A stretch of DNA of 64,000 bases from Callorhinchus milii (GCF_018977255.1 NW_024704743.1:41728001-41792000), one strand, 5' to 3'. Positions 23,960 through 37,492 are shown, numbered from the stretch's first letter. Notes: generated from the sequence alone by a model not told the origin. A program made the numbers and translations.

Positions 23960-24810
23960 CAGGAATCTTGGTTGATTTTTCTCTTCTTATTCAGAACACT
24001 GAGGCCAATTCTAGTATCCCATTGCTACCTTTGTGCCTACTGTGGAAGTGCTTACCAGCAGAATAAGAGTTAACAAAAAGAGCTGACAAGTCAAAATTTA
24101 AGTTGGGATGTGCTGAAAACAAGCTAGAGTAAACGTTGCAACAGTGTTATCTGTAACTGACAGTCGGGATCACCGAAGGGTATGTGTCACAACCGAAACT
24201 CACGATTCAGAGAAACGGTTGGGACAGGAGGCCTGAAAATCAAGTATGGTAGTCTGATAAGCAGAAGCCATCCAGGCACGTAGCAACTGTGCGATGTATT
24301 GTGCGAGTGAGTTATGTTCACGTGAACATCGCAGGGACAATACATGTGCCCCAAGTGATCTGATCAATAGTTGATGATTGGACGACTACAAGCTTAAAAA
24401 GGCCGTGCCATACCCAGATAGTGGGCACTTCCAAGACAAGACCTACCATAGATGGAAGATTGAAAGCTAGAACATTGAAGCTGATAACCACGGGGAAGAC
24501 CTGCGGAACGATTGACAACTGCAAGGAAGATTCGTAGAACGGTAGTATTGTTTTGTCAGTGGATCTATTGACTGCTCTCACTTATCCTCGCCCAACGGGA
24601 ACTTGAACGGAACCTTGAGTTCTAATAAACACAACTGTGTTTGCAAATAGCAGTTGGTTTGATCTCTGGTTCTTTACACTTGGTTGACAAGAGTTAGCTC
24701 AGGTCTTCTTCTAACTGAGGATTAGCTGGGAAATTGAATGTATAACTTCTAGTCCTGTAAAGTTCAGTTTCACATTTGGCAGTATCTTTACTGTCTAAAC
24801 CATCAGAGCA
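23960..24810 (-). mobile_element. Family C SINE split by an LTR-like insertion (host pieces 23960-24031 and 24679-24810)
   Basis: ggaatcttggttgatttttctc...ctgaggccaatt...ccattgctac joins cttggttgacaagagttagctcag...tctaaaccatcagagc. Confidence 0.55.
24032..24678 (+). mobile_element. Probable solo LTR (LTR retrotransposon or ERV)
   Basis: TGT...ACA termini, TATA-like cttaaaaagg near 24393, AATAAA at 24624-24629, many retained CpGs, CTT duplicated on both sides. Confidence 0.6.
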
Positions 24811-25480
24811 AACAACATTTGAAGAGGATACTTCCTTTATTTTCTGCGGCCTTTTCTATTCTGGTGGTCTCTCTGCTGCTGGTCCATCAAGGATCTCACA
24901 ATTGAGAGATTTGGTAAAATGATTCAATGTGGTAACCATTATTTCATTCTACTTCAAATGTGACAGTAGGGCAATTGGAATACCATGATGTTTCATGCAG
25001 AAATGTGCAGATGACAAAGCTTGTTGGGTCTGTCCCTTAGAATTTGTTTTGTAATAACTATATGGCATTGCATTGCAACTGTTCATAATTCACTGTGGAA
25101 AATGCCTACTTGCGGGAGTCAAACCAAATATTATACGATTGATACAGACTCAAAACAATTGTAATAACCTTGTTACAAACATAAAGATTCTGACCTGCAA
25201 TACGTTTTAATAAGAACCAAGGCAATTAATTTTTTCTTTACTTTTTAGTCGTAATCTCCATTTGTGTGATTCCATATTAAGGAATTTTATAAAGAAATAC
25301 CATAAATTAGATCTCTGTAATTCCACTTAAGCATAACATTGCAGTCAATGATAGCATTTAGCATTAAGTGAACAATTAGAGAAGCACTTACACTAACAAC
25401 TTGAAAGGCACTATAAAAATGAATTGTTTATTATATGAATAATAATGCAGCTATTGAGTATTGTCAGCTATTGAGTATAG

Positions 25481-25905
25481 TGTGTCAGCTTGGTTTAATG
25501 GTAGCAATCTCACCTCTGAGTCAGAAGTTTGTGTGTTCAAATCCCACATCGGGACTTGAACTTGCAGAGTTTAAGCTAACACTCCAATGCAAATGCTAGA
25601 GGGGTGTTGCAATATCGGAGGTGCCGTCCTTCGGATGAAAAGTTAACCCAAGGTCCCGTCTGCCTGTTCCGGTGGATGTAAAAGATTCCATGGCACTATT
25701 AAAAAATAGAAGGGAGTTTCTCTCCCAGTGTCCTGTCCAACAATTCCCTAAATAAAATTGGTCACTCATTTCATACCTGTTTGTGGGATATTGCTGTGCG
25801 TAAAGTCGCACCATTTCAATCATTCCTGTGAAGCACTTTGAAATATCCTTCCAACATGATAAGCCGCTATACCAAATACAAGTGTTATTATTATTATTAT
25901 TATTT
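25481..25905 (+). mobile_element. SINE family A, full length
   Basis: gtcagcttggtttaatggtagcaatctcacctctgagtcagaag...gttcaaatccc; central ggaggtgccgtccttcggatga...aaagattccatggcactatt; (ATT)n tail. Confidence 0.9.
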
Positions 25906-26269
25906 TGTATCTGGAAAAGCACCTGTAGGCAGCAGATTCTGGTAGTCTAGAGGTTATTTTGCATAAAGCATACAGTCAGAAAAAATTGCCTTCTGCTAGT
26001 TGAGTTCAGACATTGACATCTCATGAAAGAAAAGACATTTTATTACACAGATGTAGAAATCTCAAAGAACCAACATAGCATTGTATTAAGACGAAATAAT
26101 TAGAACAATTGGAAACCATGGTGATAGATCTTCAGGGGGCCTCATCTATAGAAATTAGAGATTTCCCAAAGACGGAGTTAGCAAGCATGCTGCTTATTGC
26201 ATAACTTAGCTATGCAGAATGGGGCAAAGGGGGACTCAGGTGAAAGATGGAGAAGGAAGCACTGGAATA

Positions 26270-26460
26270 GCCCACAATCTCCCTGGGTTAGGGAGGGGGA
26301 GAAATCAGCAAAGTTTACTCTCTTGTATGGCTGGCGCTAAGTTCCACATTTGATATCCCTCACACACTTTCAGTAAAACCAAGCTCTCTCTCAGAGTTTA
26401 GATTCACACATAATATTGCTCAGATGGTTGAGGTACTGGATCGGGGAATAAATTAAAATC
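26270..26460 (+). mobile_element. Family C fragment
   Basis: ccctgggttagggaggggggagaaatcagcaaag is the reverse of the family C motif ctggctgatttt..ctccct..cc. Confidence 0.45.
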
Positions 26461-27564
26461 TGCTGGAAAGGAAAGGAAAATAATTGAAGAGAAGAATATT
26501 TAATTTTAAAAATCCATTAAAATGCCTGTATGTATCCCTCTCCATAATAAAAATAATTATATAGTTTCATTACTTTTTAACATTTTGAGGCCCATTACAC
26601 TAAATATTGAAACTGAATATTGGACTTGGATTTAGAGAATTACACATCAGTACATTGTCACTGGTCAAAATATTTTATATATAGTTCACGTATGAATAAC
26701 TGCTTAAAAGAGTAAAGCTTCCGAATAATAGTTCTTTTAAAAGTGCAAATTAATGTTATAACTTATCACCAGACAGGGCAGCTGTGTGGTATTCTCAATC
26801 AAAATATTATCCCTTTGCATTTATAGTATTCCACAGGATTTTGGAGGCTGGATCAACAGTACTTAATAGGGGCTTTCCAAAGTGCAATTTGAAGCTCAAG
26901 TGAATAATCAATATGGTTGTAATGGAATTTTAAATGTAAGCGAGGCTCCTATGGATTTTTCGACTTTAATGTCATTAGCCATCAGGGCAAAGATTTGGCT
27001 TAAGAACCATAATGTATTTGCTATGCGGTACTGTTCTTATGCAATTAAGAATCAAAACCTCTCACAATACAAAGGCAAAGAATTACTTGCACACCTTTGT
27101 AGACAGCTTTTCGCAATGAGTAAGTATTCAATGAATGCCAGGTTATTGGGTGAACCACATGCTTATCGATACTAAGGAATGGTGGCAAATGCTTGTTGCC
27201 GCAGGTTGGATGTATGCTGGTATTAGTTTTGTGATCACCATCGGCAAAAGAAAGCAAATCCTTCAATGTACTGTTGATCATGCTTTTATTTCCTTTATTA
27301 AAAAAAATGATCTGTGTGATTCTGTTTGTTTTGTGACTTACTGAATCTGTGGAACACCTGCTGACCTTAGACCAGATGAGGACTTGAGGGATGTTTCCTG
27401 CAAGTATATTGTGAATTTCACATTTAGTCTGTACTTATATCCAACAATAGAAACATGGAATAAAAAAGGGATGTCTCTAATCTTTTGACTCATCCAGATG
27501 TGTTCAGTAATGTGCAGAAGATTTACTTGGATATGTAGTGACTTTGTATTCTAAATAATAGACC

Positions 27565-27730
27565 TCACATATGATATAGTGCCTTTCATGTTATGAGACC
27601 ATCTCAAAAGTTTACTGTTCAGCAGGAGAATGAAACAGCTAATTTTACCTGGAGGATTGTTTGTCAGGATAATGGATAAAATTCCGGTTAAACTCCTCAG
27701 AGGTGAAAGTGCTACCAACTGAGCCAGGCA
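27565..27730 (-). mobile_element. SINE family A, internally deleted remnant
   Basis: Reverse tail at left; cagaggtgaaagtgctaccaactgagccaggc (reverse head) at right. Confidence 0.6.
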
Positions 27731-27940
27731 AATACACACATCCATGCCACCTAACTAGTTCCTTAAGGGACAGATGGAGAAATCATTCAGGAAGGTGTTA
27801 TTCAATCTTAAACCTGTCTGTTAACGGACAGGTTGTTATGGAGACATTTTCTGCCCTTGTGATAATTATCAGCAGTGACCTTACAGCACCGTGGCCAAGT
27901 GTCCATTATTCATAAATGAGTCTTAACAGTGAGTGTTGGC

Positions 27941-28215
27941 AAATAATAATAATCCTTAAATTTGATTTAGCACTTTTCACAACTTCTAGATGTTTCAAAA
28001 TGCTTCACAGAATATACTATAAAGTGAATTGACTGCATTTTTTATGGGTGAAACGTGGCAGTCAATTGCGCACAACAGTGTCCCACAAACAATTGTGGAT
28101 TGACGTGACCAAATTATTATTGTTTTCTTTCTTGAGGGATTATTATCAGGCGTGTGGAGTAAGGAAACTTGCCCAAGGTTTCGCTCTGCTGGGAATCAAA
28201 CCAGATCTCTCGCAA
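27941..28215 (-). mobile_element. SINE family B, 5' end truncated
   Basis: Tail, body and ggcgtgtggagtaaggaaacttgcccaagg as at 11280. Confidence 0.88.
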
Positions 28216-28399
28216 ATTATTCAACCACATGAGATATTGTTAGCTGAATATTATCATGTTGTCATGTCATTCACATCAGGATGCCTTCTAGTAGGTGGTC
28301 TCAGGGTAGCGATCAAAATAAAAAAAACTCACGCTGATTTTCCTCACTAACCCTAGGAGCAATTATAATTCCCCAACTACAATCAGATGGCTCAGCATA

Positions 28400-28696
28400 C
28401 ATAAGAACATAAGAATTGTTAGACATAAAGAAGATCAAGGTCCATCTAATTCGCCTTCCACCTTCCTGGCAGTCGCACGCACATATATCCCGAACTACCT
28501 ATGTACTATATCCCATAATGTTCTTTCCTAAAAGAAAGCTAATCTGTGTTTGAAGGAATTAACATTTTCTGCTTCAACCAAATTCCTATGGAGTTTGTTC
28601 CACAGGTCTACTATTCGTTTACTGTTATAGTGTTTCCATGGATTTGTTCTGAATTTACCCCCCTTCAATCGCAGGCCGTGTCCTCTGGTTTTACTA
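28400..28696 (-). mobile_element. CR1 LINE 3' end
   Basis: SKTRGHGLRLKGGKFRTN...RIVDLWNKL; terminal cataagaacataagaa repeat. Confidence 0.88.
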
Positions 28697-29894
28697 TGCA
28701 TCGTGGAATTTCTCAGTGTGTGGCACACTGATGCACCTGGAGATACCTTTACCTATTTGGTCACCAGGAGAGCTCTGGTTACTTCTCTTTCCGTGTTTCT
28801 CTTCACATTTTCCATTATTTTCAGCGTCAAAATATTCTGTGAACCTTCACCTGTGGGTTTAGAATTTTATTTACATGCTTCTAAGTCTGTGGAGAACCAT
28901 TAATACTGTAACACAACCACACTGAGATCTGGCAGTGTGGAAGGCAGCTACTGTGCCCTTAGATTGTATCAGAGAGGGTGCATAGCTGTGCCTGCATAAA
29001 TAGGGTGACAAGCCCACAGAATTCCCTCTCCCTCTCTAATTGTAAATCTATTTCATTCCCTCTCTTACTCTTTGGGGCTGTGGAAAGTAATCCATGACCC
29101 AATTGGACCAGGGAACAAAGAGACCTGAGGCCTAGGCCACAGGTTGGGATTGTGAAGACAATTATTGTAAGAGGGATAGCAGGACACTGATCACAAATCG
29201 AGATACCTGTATCCCCCTCCAGGACTTTGTAGACTTAAGGAGTTTGGCATGTCATTGTTGGGGCTGCTGAAGTTTCCCGCATTCCAATAAATTCCATGCT
29301 GCTTGAATTGTGTTTATGTGTCCTTATCAGATGGTCTGCAAAATATCCTTCTTAGCTAATCTGTAGAATTATGTGGTTCCCAAATTTAATATCAATCATT
29401 AATCACCAATTGTCAAACAGAATAAGAAAATACAGTGTTGCTAGCACAGTTCACATTTAGTCTTATTTTTATAGGTTTACATGTTACAAGGAAAATCTCT
29501 GAATATTTAGTTGTTCAGCATTGGAATTCAGCATTGGAATTCAATCTTGTGTTTCTGCTGATTCTTTCCCCTCTCTGCACTGCAAACAGTGATAACTGAT
29601 TGTTCTATCAACTATTCTTTAATTGATGAATTGAATCTCTTGACTGAACTTCTGCAAAAGGCTTTGAGCTTCACTCTCTTGGGGGCGACACTGACCCCTA
29701 TCTACTTTCAAGTTTGCATGCAGTGTTGGGCACAGTTGAGTAAAAGAACAGCTGGTTATCAATCATTGCATTCATGCTGTCAGACCAGGAATCATGTTAG
29801 AATTAATCCTGACAACAGACACAATCAGTCTGCATCAGAATGGTGCACTTTACATACAACTCTATAAAGAAAGTTAAATCTAATCAATTCATAA

Positions 29895-30290
29895 GGGGTC
29901 AGTCTGACTCTGTTGGTAATGCTTCTTCTTCAGAAAGCTCCGGTTTCAAGCCCCATTGGGATTTTGAACCCTCATAGTCTAGGATCATACCCCGATGCAT
30001 TCCTGGGGGTGTGCTGCATTGTTGGAGGTACCAGTCTTCAGATAAGACAAGAAACCAAGGTCTCTTCTGCTTGTTTACTTGGATGTTAAAGATCCCATGG
30101 TACAGTTTTGAAAAGAGAATGGAGTTTTTTCCAGTATTCTGGCCAACAATTCCCCAGATAAACTTATTTGTTTAATGGCTGTAAGACTGGTGCAAATTAG
30201 GTCCCTTGTTCGCCCACAAAATACACATTCACAGCACATTACAATATATCGTGTGAAGCGCTTTCACCCATCCTCCCATAATGAAAAACA
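29895..30290 (+). mobile_element. SINE family A, degenerate
   Basis: Head remnant, tgctgcattgttggaggtacc, ggatgttaaagatcccatgg, ctggccaacaattcccc. Confidence 0.82.
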
Positions 30291-31094
30291 ATAAATGAAC
30301 AGCAAAAAAGTCTTGTTCTGCTTACTTTTATTAATACAGTCATATTTTTGCGGGGTTTCCAAGTCTATTCTTACTTACTTCCTAGTCCTTTCATTTGACA
30401 TTCTTAAATTGTGTAATTGTTTGGTGATGGATCTCTGTATGTGTCAGGCACCCTGCTGACCAAAAAAAAACTTGGAGAAGGGCAAAATCCATGTTCGCTG
30501 CATCAGAATGAATGATTTTCCCAATTGACAGATGTAATATTAGCAGAATATTAGCAGAAATAAAACTTTTGTACTGTTCTGTCTATTGATAGTAATCTGT
30601 AGATCATGCAACTCGGTGTGTGCTGCCAATAAATTATGCCCAAGTGCCGAGTCTAACTGGGAAAAATGACCAAGTGAAAAACGCAAAGCATTTTCTTAAA
30701 GAGGGAGATGATTTTGAACCACCTACACAGAACCAGCAATCTTGCATAATTTCAAATCAAACATTTTGCTTTTTCCTTGAGGATAGATTTAAACAAAGTA
30801 TTTTGGGTCTGTGATCAAGTCCTATAAAATATTACAAGCAAAAGCACAGTAAGCGACATTTAGGAAGGAAGGTTGCGTATTGATTCCATTGAGAGATGCT
30901 GACATTTTAATAGCGTTTGCTAAAATAAATTGAATGCCTTTTGGAGATACAGAAATTGAACAAATTTAGACATAGCAAGATGCAAAGCCATTGGGGAAGT
31001 CATTTGGTCTGAAGCAACCCACCTAAATTAATAAAACACTCACATAATATTACATTGAATTGAATCCTGAGACACTAGTTTCTAACACCAAGAA

Positions 31095-31312
31095 CACAGC
31101 AATTTACACTTACATATAGCATCTTTCACATTTTGAGAAAATCTCAAAGGTTGAGTGTCAACCTGAGCTGAGATTGATTTGAGATGGGGTGGGGGTTATC
31201 GGTGAGGTTATATGGCAGAAAGCACAGTTAAAGAGTTAAGTATTCAGGCAAGATTTGAAGGCATGATAAGTTGCAAGGTGCAAGGATTTCAGGAGAAAGT
31301 TCCAAACAGCTA
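31095..31312 (-). mobile_element. Old L2 3' remnant
   Basis: Reverse tail acatatagcatctttcaca and gatttgaagg...gagaaagttccaaac (LWN.LP and FK motifs reversed). Confidence 0.55.
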
Positions 31313-32359
31313 AGTATTCAGTTAATACGAAGGATTCAAACTAAAAAATATCCTTCTGATTTAAAAGCAAACTTTATCAGGCAATATTTCTACATATGTG
31401 TCAACATCTCCTCTTTCCAAATTGTGGTATAAATAGATCCTATTTGAATATGTGAGAAGAAATAATGTTCAGCTTCTGAGAAATGTGTTCCAACCACACT
31501 GTGCAGATTGTCTTGCAAACAACACAAGCACAAAGGATAATGTGACTCTTTGACCTAGCAGCAATGTATTGAACTTATACTTGACGGGAAATGAGTGAGG
31601 AATTTGCAAAGTATGTTTTCCCCTGCTCCAGTCATTGATATATGTGAGGACACCAGGTATTATCGTAGTAAAAGATGATGAATGTTTTCATACATCATTA
31701 ACTTGCATTAGTGTTCAACAAAGAAAGTCTGTTTACAAAAGAAGCAGCTTCTACTAAATAATGCTTCTACTAAAACCTATTTTAGGGCAATTCTGCATGG
31801 ACACAAGGTTACTAAGGATGCAAATGTTATGCACAATGGGAGGAAGTTGTATCCCTACTTCTATATAAGTATATACAATGCATATACAAAGTATATACAA
31901 CAGTAGTGTATACAACTTCTCACAGCATTGCAACTGGGTGCCCAATTTTATTAGCTATCTCAAAGGAGGAAATTGGAATTCAATTACATTTGTCAATAAA
32001 AATAATCATCCACAAAATACACAGTCACTGCACTTTACGTTATATCCTTTGACATGCTTTCAGATATCTTCCTGATGTGAAATGCATGATATAAAACTTT
32101 AAGGATTATTATTATAAAAGCAGAGTAGGGGAAATCTCGTCACCTATGACTTGACACCATTGGCTCTCTGATTTTCCACTTAAGCAGCTTGGAACATGCC
32201 CTCGATGTGAAAGATGCTATATAAATGTAAATTTGTACTGTAAACTTATATTGTACTTACGACTGGCAGTGTCCAAAAGGATATTGTTAAATGTGACAAT
32301 TGGAAGACAACACCTTATGCCCAGCTCCACTTTGCAATTGAACTGTTTCTGATTACTGC

Positions 32360-32632
32360 ATTTTGAATGAGGAAGGAATACTAGTCAGGACACCGGAAGA
32401 ACTTTCTGCTCTTTAAAAAAGTATCATTGGATATTCAATAGCCATCTCCAGAACAGATAGACAGGACCTTGGTTTACTGCCTCCTCTAAATCATGGTACC
32501 TTCAACAATAAATTGATCCCTCAGTGCCGCTGCATTTGAGCATCAGCCTAAATTATGAGCTCAGATCCTTGTATGAGATTTGAACCCACCATCTTCTTGC
32601 CTAGGGGCTAAAATGCAGCCAACTAAGCCAAA
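32360..32632 (-). mobile_element. SINE family A, 5' half
   Basis: caggacaccggaagaact, acaggaccttggttta, gatttgaacccacc. Confidence 0.75.
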
Positions 32633-33009
32633 CAATGTTAACCTGTGGATATATTCTAGGACATGAAGACGTGCCAGTCTTCTTCTATATTTAATCATCC
32701 CATTAACCTGCAGTACCCTAATATTTGCTATTCAGATAATCTTGTGATATAAATCATTCAAGGGTTAAGACTTTCTTTCTTTTTGAATGAGCAGTCGATG
32801 TACTCTCCATTGAACCACCCTATTGATAGACAAGAGGAACTGCAATGTAAGTTATAGTTGAGATTTCCTGGAGAACAATGGTTTGTTTTTGTATGTTAAT
32901 GCTATATGGGGAATGGAGACAAAACTGTAGCATGTGTTAATATTTTTTACACTGACCAAAAACACAATCAAAGTCTTCACTCAAAACAATCTTGTGATCT
33001 TGTGATCCT

Positions 33010-33440
33010 GCAAGCAGGTCATTGAAATAGTCAAGACTGATGGTGATGAAAGTGTGTTTAGGGCTTCAAAGAAAGTTAGAGGACAATGACCTTCTGCACC
33101 AGCTCCATGATGTGGAATGAGCATCTATGAAGGTCAATGCGAGCAGCATCTGAGATGAGAAGGTGCTTGTGGGAACAAATTAGCAGAGTCTTGGGCTTAT
33201 ATCGCACTGCTGTGCTCAATTGGCTGCCGTGTTTTTCCCACAAACATATGGTCAATTCACTTTACAGTCTATTCTGTGAAGCGCTTTGAGATGTTGAGAA
33301 GACGTGAAGAGCTCTATATCAAATGCAAAGATTATTAAAATTATTATATTATATTATATCATATTATATTATAGTATATTATTGACCATTCAACTGGAGG
33401 AAGCTGGAGCTTATCCAGGACTAGATGTCTGACAGGCATG
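33010..33440 (-). mobile_element. Old L2 internal remnant, interrupted by a SINE
   Basis: aatagtcaagactgatggtgatgaaagtgtg (reverse of HTFIT.RLDY-like) and atccaggactagatgtctgacaggca (CLSDI.SW). Confidence 0.55.
33203..33382 (+). mobile_element. SINE 3' half ending in (ATATT)n
   Basis: cactgctgtgctcaattggctgccgtg...aagcgctttgagatg...tatatcaaatgcaaagattatt. Confidence 0.85.
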
Positions 33441-33839
33441 TGGAAAACAAGCCCATGCCCATGTAAAACTAGAAATGATATCACATGCTGAAATCTCTCC
33501 TACCCATATATGCTTTCAAATGATCACATATTTGGCAGTGACAAATATAGCATTGGGGATTGAAGGAGTTCCAATTCCTCTGGAGCTCTCCTGCTGAGGC
33601 AGTTGTTTTTCCCAAGTGAGGGAAGTAATCAAACACAACAACAACAACTTGCATTTAAATAGTGCCCCTCAGGCAGGTTAGTATCCCAGAGCGCTTGTCA
33701 AACACATATAAAATGCTTGCATATAATTGCCATTTACTCTAAAGAAAACTATAGTTTTGAAGTCACAGGTAAGTACTTGAATGTAGCTGATAAAGATAAC
33801 TGAATTAGTTCCATCTCCACATCCATTACCACATTTAGA

Positions 33840-34250
33840 TATCAACCTGGTCCAGTTGGTAGCATTCGTGCCTCTGAGTAAGAAGGATTATGGGTTCCTA
33901 TCCCATATTGGGATTTTGAATACACAGTCCAGGCTGACACTCCAATGTGGTGTTGGGAGTGCTTCAGTGCAGCACTGCATTGCCAAAGGCACTCTGCTTC
34001 AGATGAAATATTAAACCAAGGTCCCATCTGCCTGTTTTGGTTGATGTTAAAGATCCTACTGCACTATTCAACAAGAGAACGGAGTTTCTCTCATTGTCCT
34101 TGCCAGCAATTCGCCAGATAAAAATTCATTACTCATGGCATCGCTGTTTGTGTGTCTACAAATACACAGTCACGACACTCCAGAGTAAAATATTATGAAA
34201 TGCTTTGAGACATGATGTGATAAGACACTTTATTAAATGCAAAGATTGTT
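33840..34250 (+). mobile_element. SINE family A, full length
   Basis: cagttggtagcattcgtgcctctgagtaagaagg...caggctgacactccaatg...aaagatcctactgcactattc...tail. Confidence 0.87.
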
Positions 34251-35059
34251 TATCTTCAACACAAGCTCTTCCAATTTGTGAACCCACTAGAAGGGAGAAA
34301 ATTTGAGAGGGTAAAAGAAACATAAAACTCTGCTTGCTGATTTTGAAAACAGAGACAAAGTTACAATCAAAACCATGCGAATGACAGTGATTAATGTATA
34401 ATTTCTCTTAAAAAAATTAGTTATGTTTCGGAATTAAATGGAAAGACAAATTACAGCAGATGGCTTGCATAGAACACTGCAAGTGGATTCCTTTCTTTTC
34501 CTTCCAGCACTGGATTCCTTCTTTTGTATTAGCTGCTTAATGAAGAATAAACGTGATGGCCTTTGCAATCTGTCCCATCTTCTCTAACAAGGAAACCAGA
34601 CAAACAAGCTTGAATTACATCCATATCAATACCATTCAATTTACTAGATTGATTAAATGTTTGTAATGTCTTCCTATAACCTACTGACTTCATTGACAGG
34701 AAGCTGTTCCGACCAACACATTGCTATCTTCAGAAAATATGAGCGGGACAGGAATTATTGAATTTAAAGAAGGTTTAATGAGATTATAATGCCATAGACT
34801 CAGAGTATATTGTGCTGAACTACATTATGGATGCATTAAATGACAAACAATAATGTGGGGTCAGAAAAACAGAGATACAGGTTAATTTAAGGAGGGCACT
34901 TTCCCACAAAGACAGCATCTGTGCAATTTTATTTTGTTTTCTTCTGAATCCGTTTCTGAATTCTACGTAAGGCATACAACACACTGACAATCTTTTGTGC
35001 AAAGGAATGCCTCTCTCAGAATTGCAACCAACAGTTCTTTGAAGGCATGAGAGTTCAAG

Positions 35060-35062
<3 letters not shown>

Positions 35063-35099
<37 letters not shown>
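35063..35099. repeat. (AAT)n microsatellite
   Basis: About 12 AAT units. Confidence 0.95.
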
Positions 35100-35101
<2 letters not shown>

Positions 35102-35126
35102 TCATTACATTTGGCATTGTATCTTT

Positions 35127-35288
35127 CATGTTTCCCCTGGATGGAGAAACTAAAACCAGAGGTCACAACCTTAAAATCAGAGGCCAACCCTTTCGCACTG
35201 AGTTGAGGAAGAACTTCTTCACTCAAAGGGTGGTGAATGTATGGAACTCGCTACCCCAAAGGGCTGTTGACGCTCAGTCCTTGAACAT
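35127..35288 (+). mobile_element. CR1 ORF2 C-terminal fragment, little diverged
   Basis: FPLDGETKTRGHNLKIRGQPFRTELRKNFFTQRVVNVWNSLPQRAVDAQSLN. Confidence 0.93.
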
Positions 35289-35631
35289 ATTAGACATGAT
35301 TCCTATGATAATTCCCATTATTATAGTTTCTGAATGGGTGAATGAGAATTCATGAAAGGAATGAAATTCTTCACTCATAAAAAAAGGAAATTGCATTTTA
35401 TAGAACCTTGACATTTTGAAGTTACAAGAAGTTACTGTCAAATGCAGTGACTCTTAATGTAGGTAAAGATGGCAGAAATTTGTAACAGCGAGGAATGTGA
35501 CATAAAATCATTAGAGGATTATTGGGCAGGAAACCTGGAAAAATTCATTTCTCTTCTATAAAAACACAATGGCATATTTAGCACCCATTTGAACAGGCAG
35601 ATGGGACTTTTGGTTTTATGTCTCATCGAAA

Positions 35632-35770
35632 AGGAAGAATGTACATTCCATTCCAATAAATGTTTAAGTTGGGGTGGAATGCGTGGAACTCTTAGTTTGA
35701 TTTGGATACTCTTAAGCATGAGATGCATTTCTGCATGTATCAGACACCTAGCTGACCAAACCAAAATGCA
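35632..35770 (-). repeat. Unclassified old dispersed repeat, copy 3 of 3
   Basis: Reverse reads ttggtttggtcagctaggtgtct...catgcttaagagtatccaa...agagttccacgcat...atggaatgtacattct, matching 2627-2790. Confidence 0.7.
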
Positions 35771-36079
35771 CATTTGAGGTAAAATTGAGTTTTCTTGCAT
35801 CATTTTATTTCAACGCTTTCAAGTTTTGTTTGAGGCCATAACTTCCATATACATGATTAATGTTGTCAACTACTGGACCATTGGATCCATTGCTATCCAG
35901 AAAAAGCTGCCAATAATTGAACTACCTAGATCTGCCTTGAAGCAGGCAGGGATATGTTAGTGGCCAAATCACAAACAGTAGTCTGGCTGGAGCACAGAGA
36001 AATCAGAAATGAAAAAAAAACAGACTGGTGTGGAGTCTAAAATAAAGATTGAACGTGTCTATGGGATGTATAAGAAAGG

Positions 36080-36322
36080 CAATAGCAGATGTAAAGGGGA
36101 TTTTAGAAGGAATGTCTTTGCATATAGAGTGGTGAGAATGTGGAATTCATTGCCAGAAGCTGTGTACATGAGAGGAAATGTGATGCATAGATGAACAGAG
36201 GGGTACACAAGAGGGGATTAGGAGGGGAGCGGTGAGTCTTCATGTGAGGTTTAAACACCGGCACAGACTAGTTTGACCAAATTACTTGTTTCCTGTGGTA
36301 TAGTTCTATGTAATTCTATGTA
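36080..36322 (+). mobile_element. CR1 3' end
   Basis: RCKGDFRRNVFAYRVVRMWNSLPEAV; ttctatgtaattctatg terminus. Confidence 0.85.
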
Positions 36323-37069
36323 TGATGGAAGACATAATAAATGTATCTGAAATTTAATAATAGAAAGGCAATGGAGACAATATTCAGGGTGTAGGCTATT
36401 TTAAGATGAACTTAAGTTATCGCAACCCTCAATGAACCGGGAAAGTCTGAAAAAGGTTGCTAGGCAGCTAAGTGATTTCTCACACAGCTACAGGAACTGG
36501 TAGGATATCAGGGAACATTTCAAATGCGTTAACACCAATAACAATAAAGGAGTGCATTCAATCTAAAAGGGAGTAGAGCAAAACTGGAACAAACACGACA
36601 GTAAACAAATAAAAATATTATGTCCAGTGATTTGATGGTATGGTACTATCCCAATTTGACACAGTTATTCTCTCTCAGCTGAGCCAGCACCATCTGGCTT
36701 GACAGGATGTCTGTCTGCAATGCTCCCAGTGCTGGAAAACATGAAGAGTTTCACAATCACAGTTTCAAATGCCAGCATCCGAGTGCAAGCACGATAGGGG
36801 ACATGGTACGTACCCAAAGCAATCTAACAGCTCGCCAGCATGTGAGCTGGCACAGAGGATGCAGCAATGTAAAGTGATAGGAAGTCAAGTTGATCACAAA
36901 GGTTTCAGTTTGATAGTATTTCATGTGTCAGTACCTGAAGAGGGATCTGATTGTACACAGAGAGGGTGCCTTTCTTCAAGGTTTGATGATTGGTACCACA
37001 GCCAAATATCTAATTGCGGTTTGGATCAGAGAATATTGGAAAATTCCATCACTAAGACACACACAGTAT

Positions 37070-37492
37070 GTGTGTTAGTCTAGTTTAGTAGGTAGCACTT
37101 TCTCCTCTGATTTAGAAGATCGGGCGTTCAAGGCCAAGTCGGGATTTTGAACTCATATAGCCAAGCTGACACTCCAAGGCAGTATTGAGGAGTGCTGTAT
37201 TTTTAGAAGTGCTGACCTTCCGATAAGATACAATACCAAGGTCCTGTCTGCCTCTTTAGGTGGATGATAAAATATCCATGGTATTATTTGAAAAAAGAGG
37301 GAGTTTCTCCCTATATCCTGGCCAACAATCCCCCAAATACAATTGGACATTCACTTCATGGCTTTTTGTGTAACACTTCTGTGAGCAAATTGTTTGCTGC
37401 ACTCACCATACTTTACAGTATACCTTTGAGAAGAGTTTTAGATAAACTCTTGACATGAAGGAAACTATATGAAATGCAAGGATTATTATTTT
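37070..37492 (+). mobile_element. SINE family A, full length
   Basis: ggtagcactttctcctctga...gttcaag...gctgacactcc...atccatggtattatt...aatgcaaggattattatt. Confidence 0.87.

Noticed and set aside
26882..27175. 97-aa ORF in unique sequence
   Set aside because: Non-ATG start, no recognisable domain or convincing splice sites, and a length compatible with chance
34820..35101. Poly-Leu and poly-Ile ORFs resembling signal peptides
   Set aside because: Translations of the (AAT)n microsatellite
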